64,000 nt of DNA, from positions 11,215 to 75,214 of the IMG/VR virus record IMGVR_UViG_2841817361_000001. One strand, 5' to 3'. Under the pieces are notes generated by a model. That model worked only from the letters and a program-made list of their open reading frames with translations, searched no databases and was not told the origin of the DNA. Position 1 is the stretch's first letter, and every line of letters begins with the position of its first letter. The DNA is from a virus. Taxonomy: Duplodnaviria; Caudoviricetes. The position numbers were made by a program, and so were the translations under genes. Shown here piece after piece: positions 9,345 through 21,800 of the stretch.

Positions 9345-11687
9345 ATGAATAATACACAACATTCATTTATAAATAATTTTCCACCAGAGTTTGTTCCTAA
9401 TTCTGAGAAAAAAACTATTGAATATGGGAGGAAATATGCTATGGCTATGTGGCAAGAATGGACAGCTACTTATAGTTCCAGAGCTTTAAATTTTGAAAAG
9501 CTACGTAAATATGCTAATGGTAAACAGGATTTAGAAGATTGTAAGAAGAGATTATATTCAATGGAATTTGTAAATCAAGATATGCTAAATGTTGATTTTG
9601 ATAAAAGAATTCCTATTCTTCCTAGACAGTTAAGAAAAGCATATAATGGTATTAATATGGACGAGTTTTCGATTAATGTGTTTGCTCTTGATCCTACAGC
9701 CTTAGAAGAAAAACAAAATAGAAAAAAAGAAAAAGAAAAATTATTATATGCTAAAGATTTTATTAATGATCTTACTCAATTAACTGGACAAGAAATTGTT
9801 CCACAAGAAGCTATTCCACAAAGCCAAGAGCAGATAGACCTTGAAGAAGAAACAGCAGAACCATTAAAAATTGAACAATCTGAACAATTAGGAATAAAGG
9901 CTGTATTAATGGATAACAACTTCAGTAATATCCAAGAACAGTTAAAAAAGGATTTATTGATTGTTGACCTTGGTGTTGTTTCCGTATATACAGATAAAAA
10001 CACAGGTATCAAAATAAATTATGAAAAACCAGAATCATATATTTATGAACCTGGATGTTTAGCTGACTTATCGAAATCAAATTATCACGGAGTAAGAAAG
10101 AGTATTACGGTTAGAGAATTAAGAAGAATAGCATTAAATAACGGGATTGAATTAGACGATGATACAGTTAACAAAATATGTAAAACCGATAAAATTCATG
10201 ATGATAGGTATGTAGATGTTTTGTTCTTTTCTTTTAAAACTTCACATAATGATATTTTCAAGAAAAAGATAAACCGTAAAACTAGAAAAGTTTCGTTTAT
10301 TGAAAGAGAGAATTATGATCCAAAACAACCATCAGATATTTCACAAAAAATAACTCAAAGCTATGATGTTTGGTATGAAGGTGTTGTTACATTAGATTCT
10401 ACATATACAGTAATAAAATATAACTTAATTGAAAATTTACCTGAATATAAAGGTGAGATTCTATCTCCATTTATTGGCTGTTCTCCAAGATTAGGAAATT
10501 CAATTGTTGAAGAATGTATTGGTTTTATTGATGAAATACAAGCATTAGATTTTAAACGTCAGCATCTAGAATATGAACTTAGGGGTAATATTACAGAAAT
10601 CGATTCAGACACAATTGCAGACATATCGCTTGGTGAACAGCCATTAAAACCAAAAGAAGTATTAGCATTATATTTTACCCGGGGACTATCTTTTAGAAAA
10701 ACTAGAGATAAAGATGGTGAAGATTTAAATTATAGTACAACTGCGATTCGGGAACAGCCATCAGCAATACCATATGCGTTAAGAGAAACTGTAGATCAGC
10801 TAACTCTACAAATAAATTTCTTAAAAGAACAGTTTGGATTTGCTGCAAATGATGAAACAAAACCAGCAGACCAAACATTACTAGATGGTGAACCTTATCG
10901 TTTATCTGATAATTTATCAATGAAAGATATTGTAGACTCAAACTTTAAATTAAGTCTAGATGTTTGTAGAACTGTAAGTGCAAGATTAAATGATATATTT
11001 AAATACTCAGATATTAAAAATAAGTATATCAATATGATTGGAAATGATGATATTGATACCATAGAAAAATACAAAAAGAATAGATCTTCTCATTACTTTG
11101 GTTTAGACATGGATTATATACCTACTAGGAAAGAAAGAATGCAGTTAATTACTGATTTGAATTTCTATGTACAACAAGGTATGTTAGATCCAATAGACGC
11201 ACAAGAATTACGCTGGACTAAGGATATTAAATTAGCATACAAAATTGCTAGACTACGTATTAATGAAAGACAGAAAAAAGCACAACAGTTTGAAATGGAT
11301 AAACAGTCACAAGCTACTAATGGAAATGTTGAAGCTTCTAGGATTTCTAATGAGGAGAAACGCAAAACTTTACAACTTGAACATGATTTAGCACTTGTAA
11401 GAGATAGATTGAAATTTGAAGACCAGGCTAAACTTACAGAGATTGATGGTAATTATAAACTAGAAATCGCAAATATTGGAGCCGAAAACAAAATAAACCT
11501 AGATAAATTCAGAAAACAAATTGAAGTAAATTTAACTGAATATAAAAAAGATAGAGATGCTGAATTAAATAAATATAAACAAGATACTTCCTTTAAGAAT
11601 CAAGCTGACTTAATAAAACTAAGACGTGGAGAAATTCAAGATGTAGGAAATAATCAGTTCCAAGAAGTCAACCTAAATAACAATTAA
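9345..11687 (+). CDS. Portal protein
   Basis: 780 aa directly after TerL, LRKYANGKQ motif, long C-terminal coiled-coil barrel as in podovirus portals. Confidence 0.8.
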   Translation: MNNTQHSFINNFPPEFVPNSEKKTIEYGRKYAMAMWQEWTATYSSRALNFEKLRKYANGKQDLEDCKKRLYSMEFVNQDMLNVDFDKRIPILPRQLRKAYNGINMDEFSINVFALDPTALEEKQNRKKEKEKLLYAKDFINDLTQLTGQEIVPQEAIPQSQEQIDLEEETAEPLKIEQSEQLGIKAVLMDNNFSNIQEQLKKDLLIVDLGVVSVYTDKNTGIKINYEKPESYIYEPGCLADLSKSNYHGVRKSITVRELRRIALNNGIELDDDTVNKICKTDKIHDDRYVDVLFFSFKTSHNDIFKKKINRKTRKVSFIERENYDPKQPSDISQKITQSYDVWYEGVVTLDSTYTVIKYNLIENLPEYKGEILSPFIGCSPRLGNSIVEECIGFIDEIQALDFKRQHLEYELRGNITEIDSDTIADISLGEQPLKPKEVLALYFTRGLSFRKTRDKDGEDLNYSTTAIREQPSAIPYALRETVDQLTLQINFLKEQFGFAANDETKPADQTLLDGEPYRLSDNLSMKDIVDSNFKLSLDVCRTVSARLNDIFKYSDIKNKYINMIGNDDIDTIEKYKKNRSSHYFGLDMDYIPTRKERMQLITDLNFYVQQGMLDPIDAQELRWTKDIKLAYKIARLRINERQKKAQQFEMDKQSQATNGNVEASRISNEEKRKTLQLEHDLALVRDRLKFEDQAKLTEIDGNYKLEIANIGAENKINLDKFRKQIEVNLTEYKKDRDAELNKYKQDTSFKNQADLIKLRRGEIQDVGNNQFQEVNLNNN

Positions 11688-11699
11688 TAAAACATTACC

Positions 11700-11816
11700 A
11701 TGAAAAAAGTATTAAACCTAAAAGTATTAAGAGATATTCCTAAAAATATTAAAATGGATATACAACAAAATGTTCGAAATAAAGTTAAAAGTTGTAAAAC
11801 TTGTAATAAAAGATGA
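11700..11816 (+). CDS. 38-aa basic peptide ending in CxxC
   Basis: MKKVLNLKVLRD...KSCKTCNKR between portal and terminator. Confidence 0.45.
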   Translation: MKKVLNLKVLRDIPKNIKMDIQQNVRNKVKSCKTCNKR

Positions 11817-11857
11817 TAACTAAGATTCAATTTTTATTGAATATTTAGGATTATGGG

Positions 11858-11886
11858 GTGTGGGCAGAAATGTCCGCACTTTTTTT
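11858..11886 (+). terminator. Intrinsic terminator of the terminase-portal operon
   Basis: GTGTGGGCA-GAAA-TGTCCGCAC followed by T7. Confidence 0.8.
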
Positions 11887-11933
11887 AAACGTTAAATTCC
11901 GTTATAAACTGTTACTGTTATCCGTATTTGTTT

Positions 11934-11941
11934 TACATTTG
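11934..11941 (+). promoter_or_regulatory. Host-type -7 box for HEPN-like module A
   Basis: TACATTTG about 20 bp upstream of ATG 11961. Confidence 0.6.
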
Positions 11942-11960
11942 TACTATAAAAGTTAACAAA

Positions 11961-12425
11961 ATGTCAACTACCATTTCTAAAAATCTTCAAAACTATCTTA
12001 AAAAGATAGAAAGTCAATCTAGTAAAGTTCCTGTAGATGGGTACTTTCATATTGATCATGTCATAGATGCTTTTAGTAAAGGTGAACAATATGGAGTAGA
12101 AAAAGCACTAGAGGAATTTAAAGAAAATTTCGTTAGAGCAACTACTCAAATGTTCTTGTATGGTAATGATTTTATAAAAAATTTAACTGAAAAAGGATAT
12201 TCTGTTTCTGACTATTATATAAATCCATTTGATTTTAAATTCATGGTAACTACTCCGGTAGAAAATACTTTTAATGAAGATTTTATTTATGCCTTTTACG
12301 AAACATCTTGTTTCTATGAAGAAAAATTCAAATCTGAATTTAATATTTCTATGAGAATTCTATTTATTCAAGATGTTGAATTAAATGAGTCTGAACTAAA
12401 GATTAATGGATTTATAAACTTATAG
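11961..12425 (+). CDS. Partner protein of HEPN-like module A (putative antitoxin)
   Basis: Homologous to 24025..24519 (DGYFHIDHVIDAFSKGEQYG vs DNYFHIDVVTEAFVAGEKHG); start moved from 11928 to the ATG after the promoter box. Confidence 0.65.
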   Translation: MSTTISKNLQNYLKKIESQSSKVPVDGYFHIDHVIDAFSKGEQYGVEKALEEFKENFVRATTQMFLYGNDFIKNLTEKGYSVSDYYINPFDFKFMVTTPVENTFNEDFIYAFYETSCFYEEKFKSEFNISMRILFIQDVELNESELKINGFINL

Positions 12426-12426
12426 A

Positions 12427-12804
12427 ATGCCTGATCATAAGGCTCATGCTGAGCATAATGAAAATCTTTCTAACTCTTTATATACTGATGGTAATTTTCT
12501 TGATTGGGCAAATACTATTGCATTTTATTCTGCTTTGCACTTTGTAAGTTGTAAAATATTACCTAATACATATAATGGTATAACTTGTACTTCTATAGCA
12601 GAAGCTGCTTCAGCTCTTAAAATAAAAGGCAAACATGAAGTAACACATGCAATGGTTTCAATTATATTACCTTCAATTAGTACCGAGTATAAATTCCTTA
12701 TGGATGCTAGTTTTACTGCAAGATATTACAATTATAATGTAAATCCACATCATGCTAAAATGTGTCAGAAAATGTTGAATAAAATAAAATCTGCATGTAG
12801 TTAG
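12427..12804 (+). CDS. HEPN-like protein, module A
   Basis: All-helical 125 aa, DWANTIAFYSALH and C-terminal FTARY motif; homologous to 23630..24010. Confidence 0.65.
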   Translation: MPDHKAHAEHNENLSNSLYTDGNFLDWANTIAFYSALHFVSCKILPNTYNGITCTSIAEAASALKIKGKHEVTHAMVSIILPSISTEYKFLMDASFTARYYNYNVNPHHAKMCQKMLNKIKSACS

Positions 12805-12806
12805 AT

Positions 12807-12853
12807 AAAAAAATGGCAGCAATTTAATAATAATAACTGCCTTTCGTTTTTTA
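12807..12853. terminator. Possible bidirectional terminator between convergent genes
   Basis: GGCAG...CTGCC stem flanked by A- and T-rich tracts; weak stem. Confidence 0.4.
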
Positions 12854-12854
12854 T

Positions 12855-15800
12855 TTAATTACCTTCTACTTCATTTTTATATTTAATGTACTCTGCTTTT
12901 ACGTTCTTAGTAAGTACTTTCTGAGTTTTTAACTGTAGTTTAAATTTAGTTTGTTGTTCAGGTGTCATGCCTTCTAAGTATGAGTATATTAATATAGCTT
13001 TATTCTTATTATTATTTGCGCCATATTTAACATCAAACACCATCGGCTCAATTCCCTCCTTATCCATTAATGATTTTATTCTTTTAGCCATCATCTTTCG
13101 CTCTTCTGGATCTTTTGTTTCTTTTGCTATTTCTATTTTAATATTATTTATATTTTTCATTATTAATTCTTTAGAGCCATATTTATCATATATATTTTTA
13201 GCGGAACTTTTAATCTTAGCTATCTGTATTTCATTTTGTTTCAATTCATCTTCAATTAATGCCTTTTTATTAAGTTGAACATTGAAATCTGTAGTTTCAT
13301 TAATTAATCTTTTTATAGCTTGTTCATATACATTTTTAACCTTTTCCTTAGCACTGACATCTGTTGCAATTGCATCTGCTCCTCCATATAATATACCAAC
13401 TAATGGATTGGTACTTGGAGAAGTAACAAAAGACTCTACAAATGCTTTCATTCTTACAGGGCTACCATCTAGTGTTTTACCAAGTTTTTTATAAAATTCT
13501 TCAACATTCTTCATACTTTCTCCCTCATAAGTTCTTGGTACTTTACCTATATCAAAAGATAAAGGTTGTTCTCTAAAGAAATCATATCCAGTGGAATTCT
13601 GAAAAATTGCTTTATCTAAAGGAACTGTTGATCTTATTTCTTTTAATGCATTACCATACCCTTGTATACTTGTAGGATTCTTTAAAACTGATGTAAAATG
13701 TAAAGGATCTACTTTTTCACTAAATGCATGTATAGTATTATCTAATATTTTGTCTGTACCTCTCTTTTTATATCCATTTTTACCCCTCAAATAATCTTCA
13801 TATAAACCTTCCATAGCTGTAGTTAATGGGGTTAAAAATTCAGTTTTAGCTACTTTAAGAACTTTCCATTGTTTTGATTCTTTACTCCATCCTATAGGAA
13901 TATTCCAGTAATTTTGTTTTTGTGAAGGCGATATTCCATCAAGAAAATCAATATAAGACTTTTCTACAGTTTCTTTATCTTTTTCAGGCGGTCTAAATGC
14001 TGCAATTAATAATTGAGCCAATGATGCCATAAATGCTACACTTCCAGCCCCCGCTTGTAGTAACCTAACGGTTGTTGCAATAGGTCTTTTATTTATAGTT
14101 TGTAATGCCACTCTAGTACCTTGCGTTGCTGCATTAAGATAAGGAATAGCAGCTTCTCCAGCTTTTGTAAATGTACCTCCTTGATTAAAATCTAATAACC
14201 CTCTTGAAGAAGACACGGCTCTATAATACATATTATCCTTTACTTCTTTAGATAGTTCTTCAACTGATTTATAAGTTGTATTATTTAACTTATTATATTC
14301 TTTCAGTTGGTTTTGGAGGGATCTATCAAAAACAGCTACTCTAAACATAGTTTCACTATAATTAGCCATAAATTTTAATCTTGCGACACTAAAAATGGTT
14401 TCAAGTATACTTTTTATTTTGTGACTTATTTGTTTGCCAATAAAATAAGATATAGTATTTGTTAATGATGTTAAATCTTTAATTTCACCTTGTTGATTAA
14501 GCCACTCCATTCCACCTCCGTATTGAATATACTTACTCAGGAGATTATCCTTATCTGTATTATTATGTTTGTAAATTTCACCAATAGCTTTAATAGAGTC
14601 TTTAGTCAATTTAGCAGCAGATGTAAGTAAGAATGAATTATACTCTTCTGAGAATAATAATGCATGCCCAAAGTCTCTTGGAGTATTTGTAATAAAGAAA
14701 AATGGATTGTTTCCTGTTGCAAATGATTTAATTATTTTACTACCAGATACCCAGCCTATTATATTAGCAGTTTTAGAATTTATTAATTTATCCATAGTGT
14801 CATGCCACATTTTATGAAATTCTTCTTTCATGAATACCTGGTGACGAACACCATTCTCATAATAGTAAGCAATTTTATATCCTTCTGGTGTTGTAGATTC
14901 ATATTTAGGCTTACCACTTTCAGTAAATCCTATGATTCTATTTTCTTTAATATTACTTTGTAATTGTTTAAAATATTTAAAGAATTTCTTATCACCTTCA
15001 GGAATATTATCCGGATTAATAGATTCAAATTTTGCCTTAGCATCAGGGTAATACTTTGTGAAGAAGGTTCTATTTACTTCATTCATTCCTATAGCTTTAT
15101 ATCGGCTAGTTAATGCTGACTGAATTAACCATTTAGAATCCATTAACATATCAGATGCATCACCTTCTGATAAACCTATAATTTGCTCTTTAGATAAATT
15201 GCCATTTTCATTTCTAAACATGGTTCTATCTGATGACATTAATTCTCCATCTGCATCTAAAATATAACGTAGGAATTTTCTGGGTTGGTAGTCTACATCT
15301 TTTAATTCTTCATATACTTCATTACTTATAAGCCCGCTTTCACGCATGTCAGATAATAGACTTTTAAATGCATCGAAATAAGTATTAGCCCTTTTAGCTA
15401 GCTTTGAGAATGTATCTTCTCCAATTTCAGACTTATATGCATCCAAGGCTTTTTGTGCTGTACTAGCATCTTGATACCCGGGATGATCTACAACAGGTAA
15501 TCCCTTTTCTTCACGATTTTTATCTATTGCAATAAATCTTTTTGCAGATATTATTTTATCTAATAACTCAAGCTCTGAAACATTTAATCCTTCATATACT
15601 TTTTCATCTACTTTTTTAAACTCTTCTTTAGCTTTTGTTGAGGTTCCAGAATAAGCTATCATCCGGTCAACTACTGGAGATGCTCCTATATTTTCTAATA
15701 TTCGTTTTGGAATAAATTGCCTATCAGCAGACTTAGTCATAAAACTTTCAAACTTTTTCTTTCTCCAAGCATTTATTTTTTCATTTCTGAGTAATACATT

Positions 15801-18800
15801 ACCATTTTCATCTTTAAACCTTTTCGTTAAAACTTCTTTCGAAGACTTATAAGAATCATCCAGCTTTTTTCTAGCTTCTTCAGGAGATATAGTTTTATTA
15901 GCTAATCTATTATAAGTTGATTCTGCCATTCGTTGTTCATCAATAGAATTAAAAGAATCTTTAATTTCCTGTAATGATTTACCAGAGTTAAATTGTTGTT
16001 CTACATTTTGGCTTACTTCATTATATTTATCAGTCGTTCTCTCTATTTGAGTTTTATTTCGTTCTTCTGCTTTCGTATTAATTTTATTAAATAATTCTGT
16101 AAACTTGTTGAAGTTTGAAATTGAATTACGGGTGCTTAGAATTCCAGTTGCAGCTTTTAGTAAACGCGAAACTTCAGTTGGAGTTATCTTCCCACTAATC
16201 ATATTTTGATTAAGGAAAATTACAGTATTATCATATGCTTCTTTAGCTTGTCTTTTTCTTTCTGCGACCTTTTCTCTATATGATTTATTAGATTTCCTTA
16301 ATTCTTCAATTTTATTTTTATAATTCTCATGTATCTTCTCAATTTTATTGAAGGCAATTTCTTTTTCTTTTTTAGAAGTTTGTTCTTTTGCTTTTTCAAC
16401 AGAAGTTTTTTTCTTATTAATCTGATCTTCACGATGAAGAATAACTTGCTCTTGCATAAGTTTTGTTATTCCTTCACTGTCAATTAAAGCTTTCTGTTTA
16501 TCAGATAAACTTTTATAAAATGCAGACTCTTTAAATTTAGCTAACCCAGCCTCAATACCATTTGTTTCAGTTTCATTTAATACCTCTTGAATAGTTGATA
16601 CTGGCATAAGTTTTTTTATCATAAATCTTACACCAGAATATGCTTGAAGATTAATTGAATCATCAGCATCCTTTAATCTATTTATATGGTCATCTATAGA
16701 CTTCTGTAATTGAAACTCTTGTTTTAATTCTGTATTGTTTTTAACACCAAACAATCCTTTGATATAATCTACAATTCTTGTTAATAAGGATTTTGGCTCA
16801 GGATTATTCAAAGTATCTAAATAGCTATCAACTTCTGATTTGAAGTTGTCATTAGCTATGTATTCAGCTATGAATTCATATGTATTAGAATAACCATATG
16901 CATTTGTTTTATTAGGATTCTTTAATGCTTCTTCATAAGCTGAGCGAGCTTCATTTCTAAATGTAAGTTCTTGTTCATTTAATTGTGATGAATCTATTTT
17001 ATCTGCCAGGTAATAAGAAGTAAAAACATGTGCTAACTCATGTTGTAAAACTTTAGTTTTAGGAGTATTATTAGAATCATTTACCCATTCTTGAAGATAA
17101 ATTGAGTTTCCATTAGCTTCACCTTCTCCATTCTCAACTAATGATTTTGTAATATTATCTAAAAGTTCTTGTCTAATATATGACTCTTCATAAGTACCAT
17201 TATCAATCAATATTTGATAATCTTTCATTAAGTCATTTACATAATTATTTATCTGGCTTTTAGATTTATCAAATAGATTATCATTAATGATGTATATTTT
17301 AGTTCCAAACTTTCTTGCAAGATTTGCTATATCATCTGAAACTTTATATCCTTTTGCTATTAATTCATCTATACTAGTAGTATTATCTCCAAAGAAATTT
17401 GATAACTCAACATCATCCTTTATTTTTAGTTTATTGGTATTATCGTTTCTAATTGAGAAATTAGTTCCTGCTGAACTTGAGTAATTTGATTCTGGAGTTA
17501 AAGATTTATTTCCTGAAATATCACCTAAAACTTTATTTGAGAAATTATTTAAAGATATATTTGGATTTAAATTACCAATACCTAATACTTCACCTATCTT
17601 ATTGAAAAAAGCTTTAAACCATTGAACAAACTCAGCCATTTTACCCCTAGCTTGACGTTCTTGATATTGCCATTCTCCATAGTTACCTATATGGGTATTT
17701 AATGCTTCATTCCATAATTCATTATCAGATAAGTTATTATAATTACCTTCAGACTTTAATCTATTGAATATTTCTTTTCCGGTTTTAGTTTGTTTTAATA
17801 GTTCAACACCTTTTTTAAATCTACTTGGCATTAGTTGCTCCCATAAGTGGGAAAACTCATGTATTGGAGTATTAGCATTTAGATATTCAGGATTAATATA
17901 AATAGTACCATCTGGTAACTTTGCTCCATAAATAGTACCATTATTATTTCTCATAAATTTAACTGGAGCATATTGCCCTTCTCCCTGATCAATCCATGCT
18001 AAATCAGATGCGTTAACTTTTTTAGAATAAACCTTACCCTCTCCAGAATATGATTCTGCATTCATTCTTGAAGGAGTTACAAATATACCTTCTTTAATTG
18101 GATAACTTGAATATACTGTTACTTCACCAGAATCTAATACATTTTGCATATCTTCAACAGTAAAATCAGGATACATTTCTCCATCCTGAAAAGCTTCTTT
18201 GAAAGCCTCATCTGCTGTTAATATATCATTTGTAGTTCTAATCCATGTATTATAGTCATTTGGTGCAGGGTTTTTCTTATTAATTAACTCAAGTTGTTTT
18301 TCTTTTCTTGCATTATCATTTATTAAAAATTTAGCATCAAAATTTATATTTAATCCTAAAGATTTGGATTTATTTAAAAACTCATTCCAATCAGTAGTTA
18401 TACTTAAATTCTTAAATGCTTTTGAAAATGGTTTTTTAAGTTTTTCAATTAATGAATCAAATGCTTCTTGAGATATAGGAATAAAGTTTTCTGATGATCT
18501 TTGTAATTGAATTGGATTACCTGATTCATCTTTTAAGTTCTGAACTAATGGAGATCCTGTGAAATATGTTTTACCATCATCACCTTTAATAGTTAATCTA
18601 CCTTTATTTTCTGATTCAACAACTCCACTTCTAGTATCACCAAATTGATTGAATGATACTCTTTTGCCTACATAATTAGTGGATGCTGTACTTTCTGTAA
18701 CCGGAACATCTGTTTTAATTTTAGGTTGTTTAGATAAACTAAAACCTCTCTGTTTCTGGTTTATAAACTTGTCTACTTCACTTTGATCAGAAAAATCAAA

Positions 18801-21800
18801 TTCACTGTCTCCATTTCTATCTTCTATTAAATTTCCATTATTATCAGTTACAGTTACTCTAAAGCCGTTATCACCATCTGGTAATCTAATTTCTTTAGTT
18901 GTAGCTATTACATTTTCTGATAATCTAGTTTGATTTGGATTTAGCTCATTTGATACGGATGTTTCTTGTGAACGCAAATCATTCGGATTTACTTCAACTT
19001 GGTTAGTACTTCCTGGTAATTCATTGGCTTGTACTGTTTCACTTTTTGAAGTTTGTTGTTCCTGATTGATATCAGGTGCAGATTGAACTCTTTCATTAGA
19101 GTTAGTACTACTTCTCGTTTGGTCATTAAATATTTTGTTTACTCTAGATAATAAATCATCAAAATTTACTTCTTCGGAAACGTTGGAAGTTTGGGCATTT
19201 TCATTTTGCCTAATGGTTTCAATGGGTGAATTTGTAGATTCGACAGATGTGTTTTCATTGAAAGAAGACTGTTGTTCCGGTTGTTGTGTATTTTGTCGAA
19301 TATCGTTTTGTTGGTTACCTTGTTTTTCATTTGTTTCTCTTTGTTTATTAAGTATTAAGTCAATATTGTTTTGAATATTATTTAAATATTCTGAATCAAT
19401 ATTAGGCTTGTTAGTATTCAAACCTAACATTGATTTTATATTATTCCATATTTTCTGAAGTAAATTATTACTTTCAGTATTCGAAGATTCATTTGAAATA
19501 GTACCTACCCATTCTCTAAATTTATTATTAGACATGAATTCAGCAACAAATTCATATTGATTTGATAATCCATATAAACTAGTCCCTTTAGGATTAACTT
19601 TATTACCAGATTTTTTTAATTGATTTAATTTTTTTATTTCTGAATATAAATTATCATGAGCTGCCATTTCTTCTTCAGTATAATTCTGTGGATTGATACG
19701 CATATCTTCCATAGTTAATACTGTTGCAGCATGAACAGTTTCATGGTATAATACATCTTTTCCAAAGAATTTAGCAAGCTTATTAATGTCTACTCTTCCA
19801 GTATCATAATTTAAAATTTGATCATTATTATCTCTCTCTACTACAGAATAGTTTTGACCTGCAACTAATGCAGACTTCATTACTCTTGATAATATACTTT
19901 CTCCCTTGTCTCCCATTAACCACTTTTCATTAATTCTAAAGTTTTCTGGAAGAGCCTGTATTACTTTTTCTTCAACTCCTGCTTTTTGAAGTTTTTCAAT
20001 TAATGATTTATCCTTAATTAAATAAGATGGACTTGAGTTACTTCCTGTTGGTTCTGGTCTTGTAAACGAATCTTGGCTTGATTCAGTATTTGTTTTTTCT
20101 TGTCCTTGTGTTCCTTCTGGTGTTTGTTCTGGTGATGTGGTACTTTCATTATTAGGAGTTTCATTTAATATTTGTTCAACTTGTGATTCTAGTGATGAAA
20201 TTTCAGATTCAATTCTAGGTTTGAATGCAGCATCTGCTTGATTCAAATCAGTACGTTTCGTTTCTAATTGTTGAAGTACCTTAATTGCATTATCTAAAGA
20301 ATCAGTAGAATAATTCTGTGAATCTGGAATCTTATTTAAATATTTTTTCCTCGTTAATACCTCATTCTTAACTTCATCCAATGTATTTGAATAACTGTCA
20401 AAACTAGAATCATTTGACATTACATTTAACATGTTATCTGCCCCATCAAAACGAGATAATTCTGTAAGTAATTGGCTTCTATTATAATTAGATAAATTAA
20501 TTTCATTATTACCTAATTTAATATTTCTAGAACCTGAACCTCCCATTAAAGATGCTATTGCTGAAGGCGCAATTGTACCAATAACTACATCTTTATATCC
20601 TTCACCATCTGTTAATTTAAAATCTGATCCAGAAATAATATTAGTAACATAATTGGTCATGTCACCAACAACTTGCTGAATTAATTCTTCTTTAGTTTCT
20701 CCAACTACATTATCTCCTATTTTTGAAAACAACGATTTTGCATTAGCTAAAATTCGTTCCCCATTACTAGTACTTAATGAAGAAAGTAGTTGTTTGTATT
20801 CATTATTAAACCCGGAAAGAAATTTACTGTCTGGATTAATTCTTTGAATTAATGATTGTATAAATGAATTTACAGTAGCATATACTGTTTTGCCTGCTGT
20901 GGATGAAATTCCTGAGTCTTCAGCACTTTTGTAACTGTCATTATACATTTGAACAAACCATCCTGATACTGATTTGTTTTCAACTGAATTAGCACTTTGA
21001 GCATATCTTGCAAAATTTCTAGCTTGTTTTGCAATTTCACTTTCTGCACCAAAAGCTTGAGTTGTTTTTGAAGCAAGGCTTATTGCATTATTAGTTATTG
21101 TATTATTTATTAATCCACCAACTTCATTTGTTATTAAGATATCTCCAGCCATCTTACCTGTTAAGAAAGCCATACCTGAAGGATTATATTCTGAATCTTT
21201 TCCAGTTTCTTTTAAACCGGATATATTACTAACAGGTTTATAAATTCCATTTTCAATCTGGAATAATTTACCATTTCTTTCTTCAAAAACTCTACCTGAA
21301 TTATCACTATATTTTGTAACATTTGTTCTTAATGGTGATATCTCAATATTACCAAGCTTTAAAGGTTCATTTAATTGATCAACTGAATCTTTTACATCTT
21401 GACTAAAGGGTGTAGTAAGTATTCTTAAAATACCTGAACTAGCATCCATTGCTGATTGACCTAATCCTAATACTACTTGGCCTAAAATATTCTGTGTTCT
21501 TGCAATACCATCACCACTTAATACTCTTGCTTGGAAATCTTGTGCTTCGGAGTCTTCTTTATTTACTCTTGTAAATATTTTATTTACATCAGATGTAATA
21601 CTATCATTTTGTTGTACATTTTTTATATTATTCTGAATACTATTCTGAACAGTATTTATTTGATTTACATACTGATTTACTAAATTAAAATCACCAGTTT
21701 CTGCTGCTGACTGAACATTATATTTTAGATTAGATATATTATTTTGTTTAGCTTCAATATCTAATAATTCTTTCTGATTAGTCCAGTTAGAAAATGCATT

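Noticed and set aside
6110-12850. Invertible terminase-portal segment
   Set aside because: No inverted repeats at the boundaries; dedicated late-promoter motifs and terminators fit the present orientation
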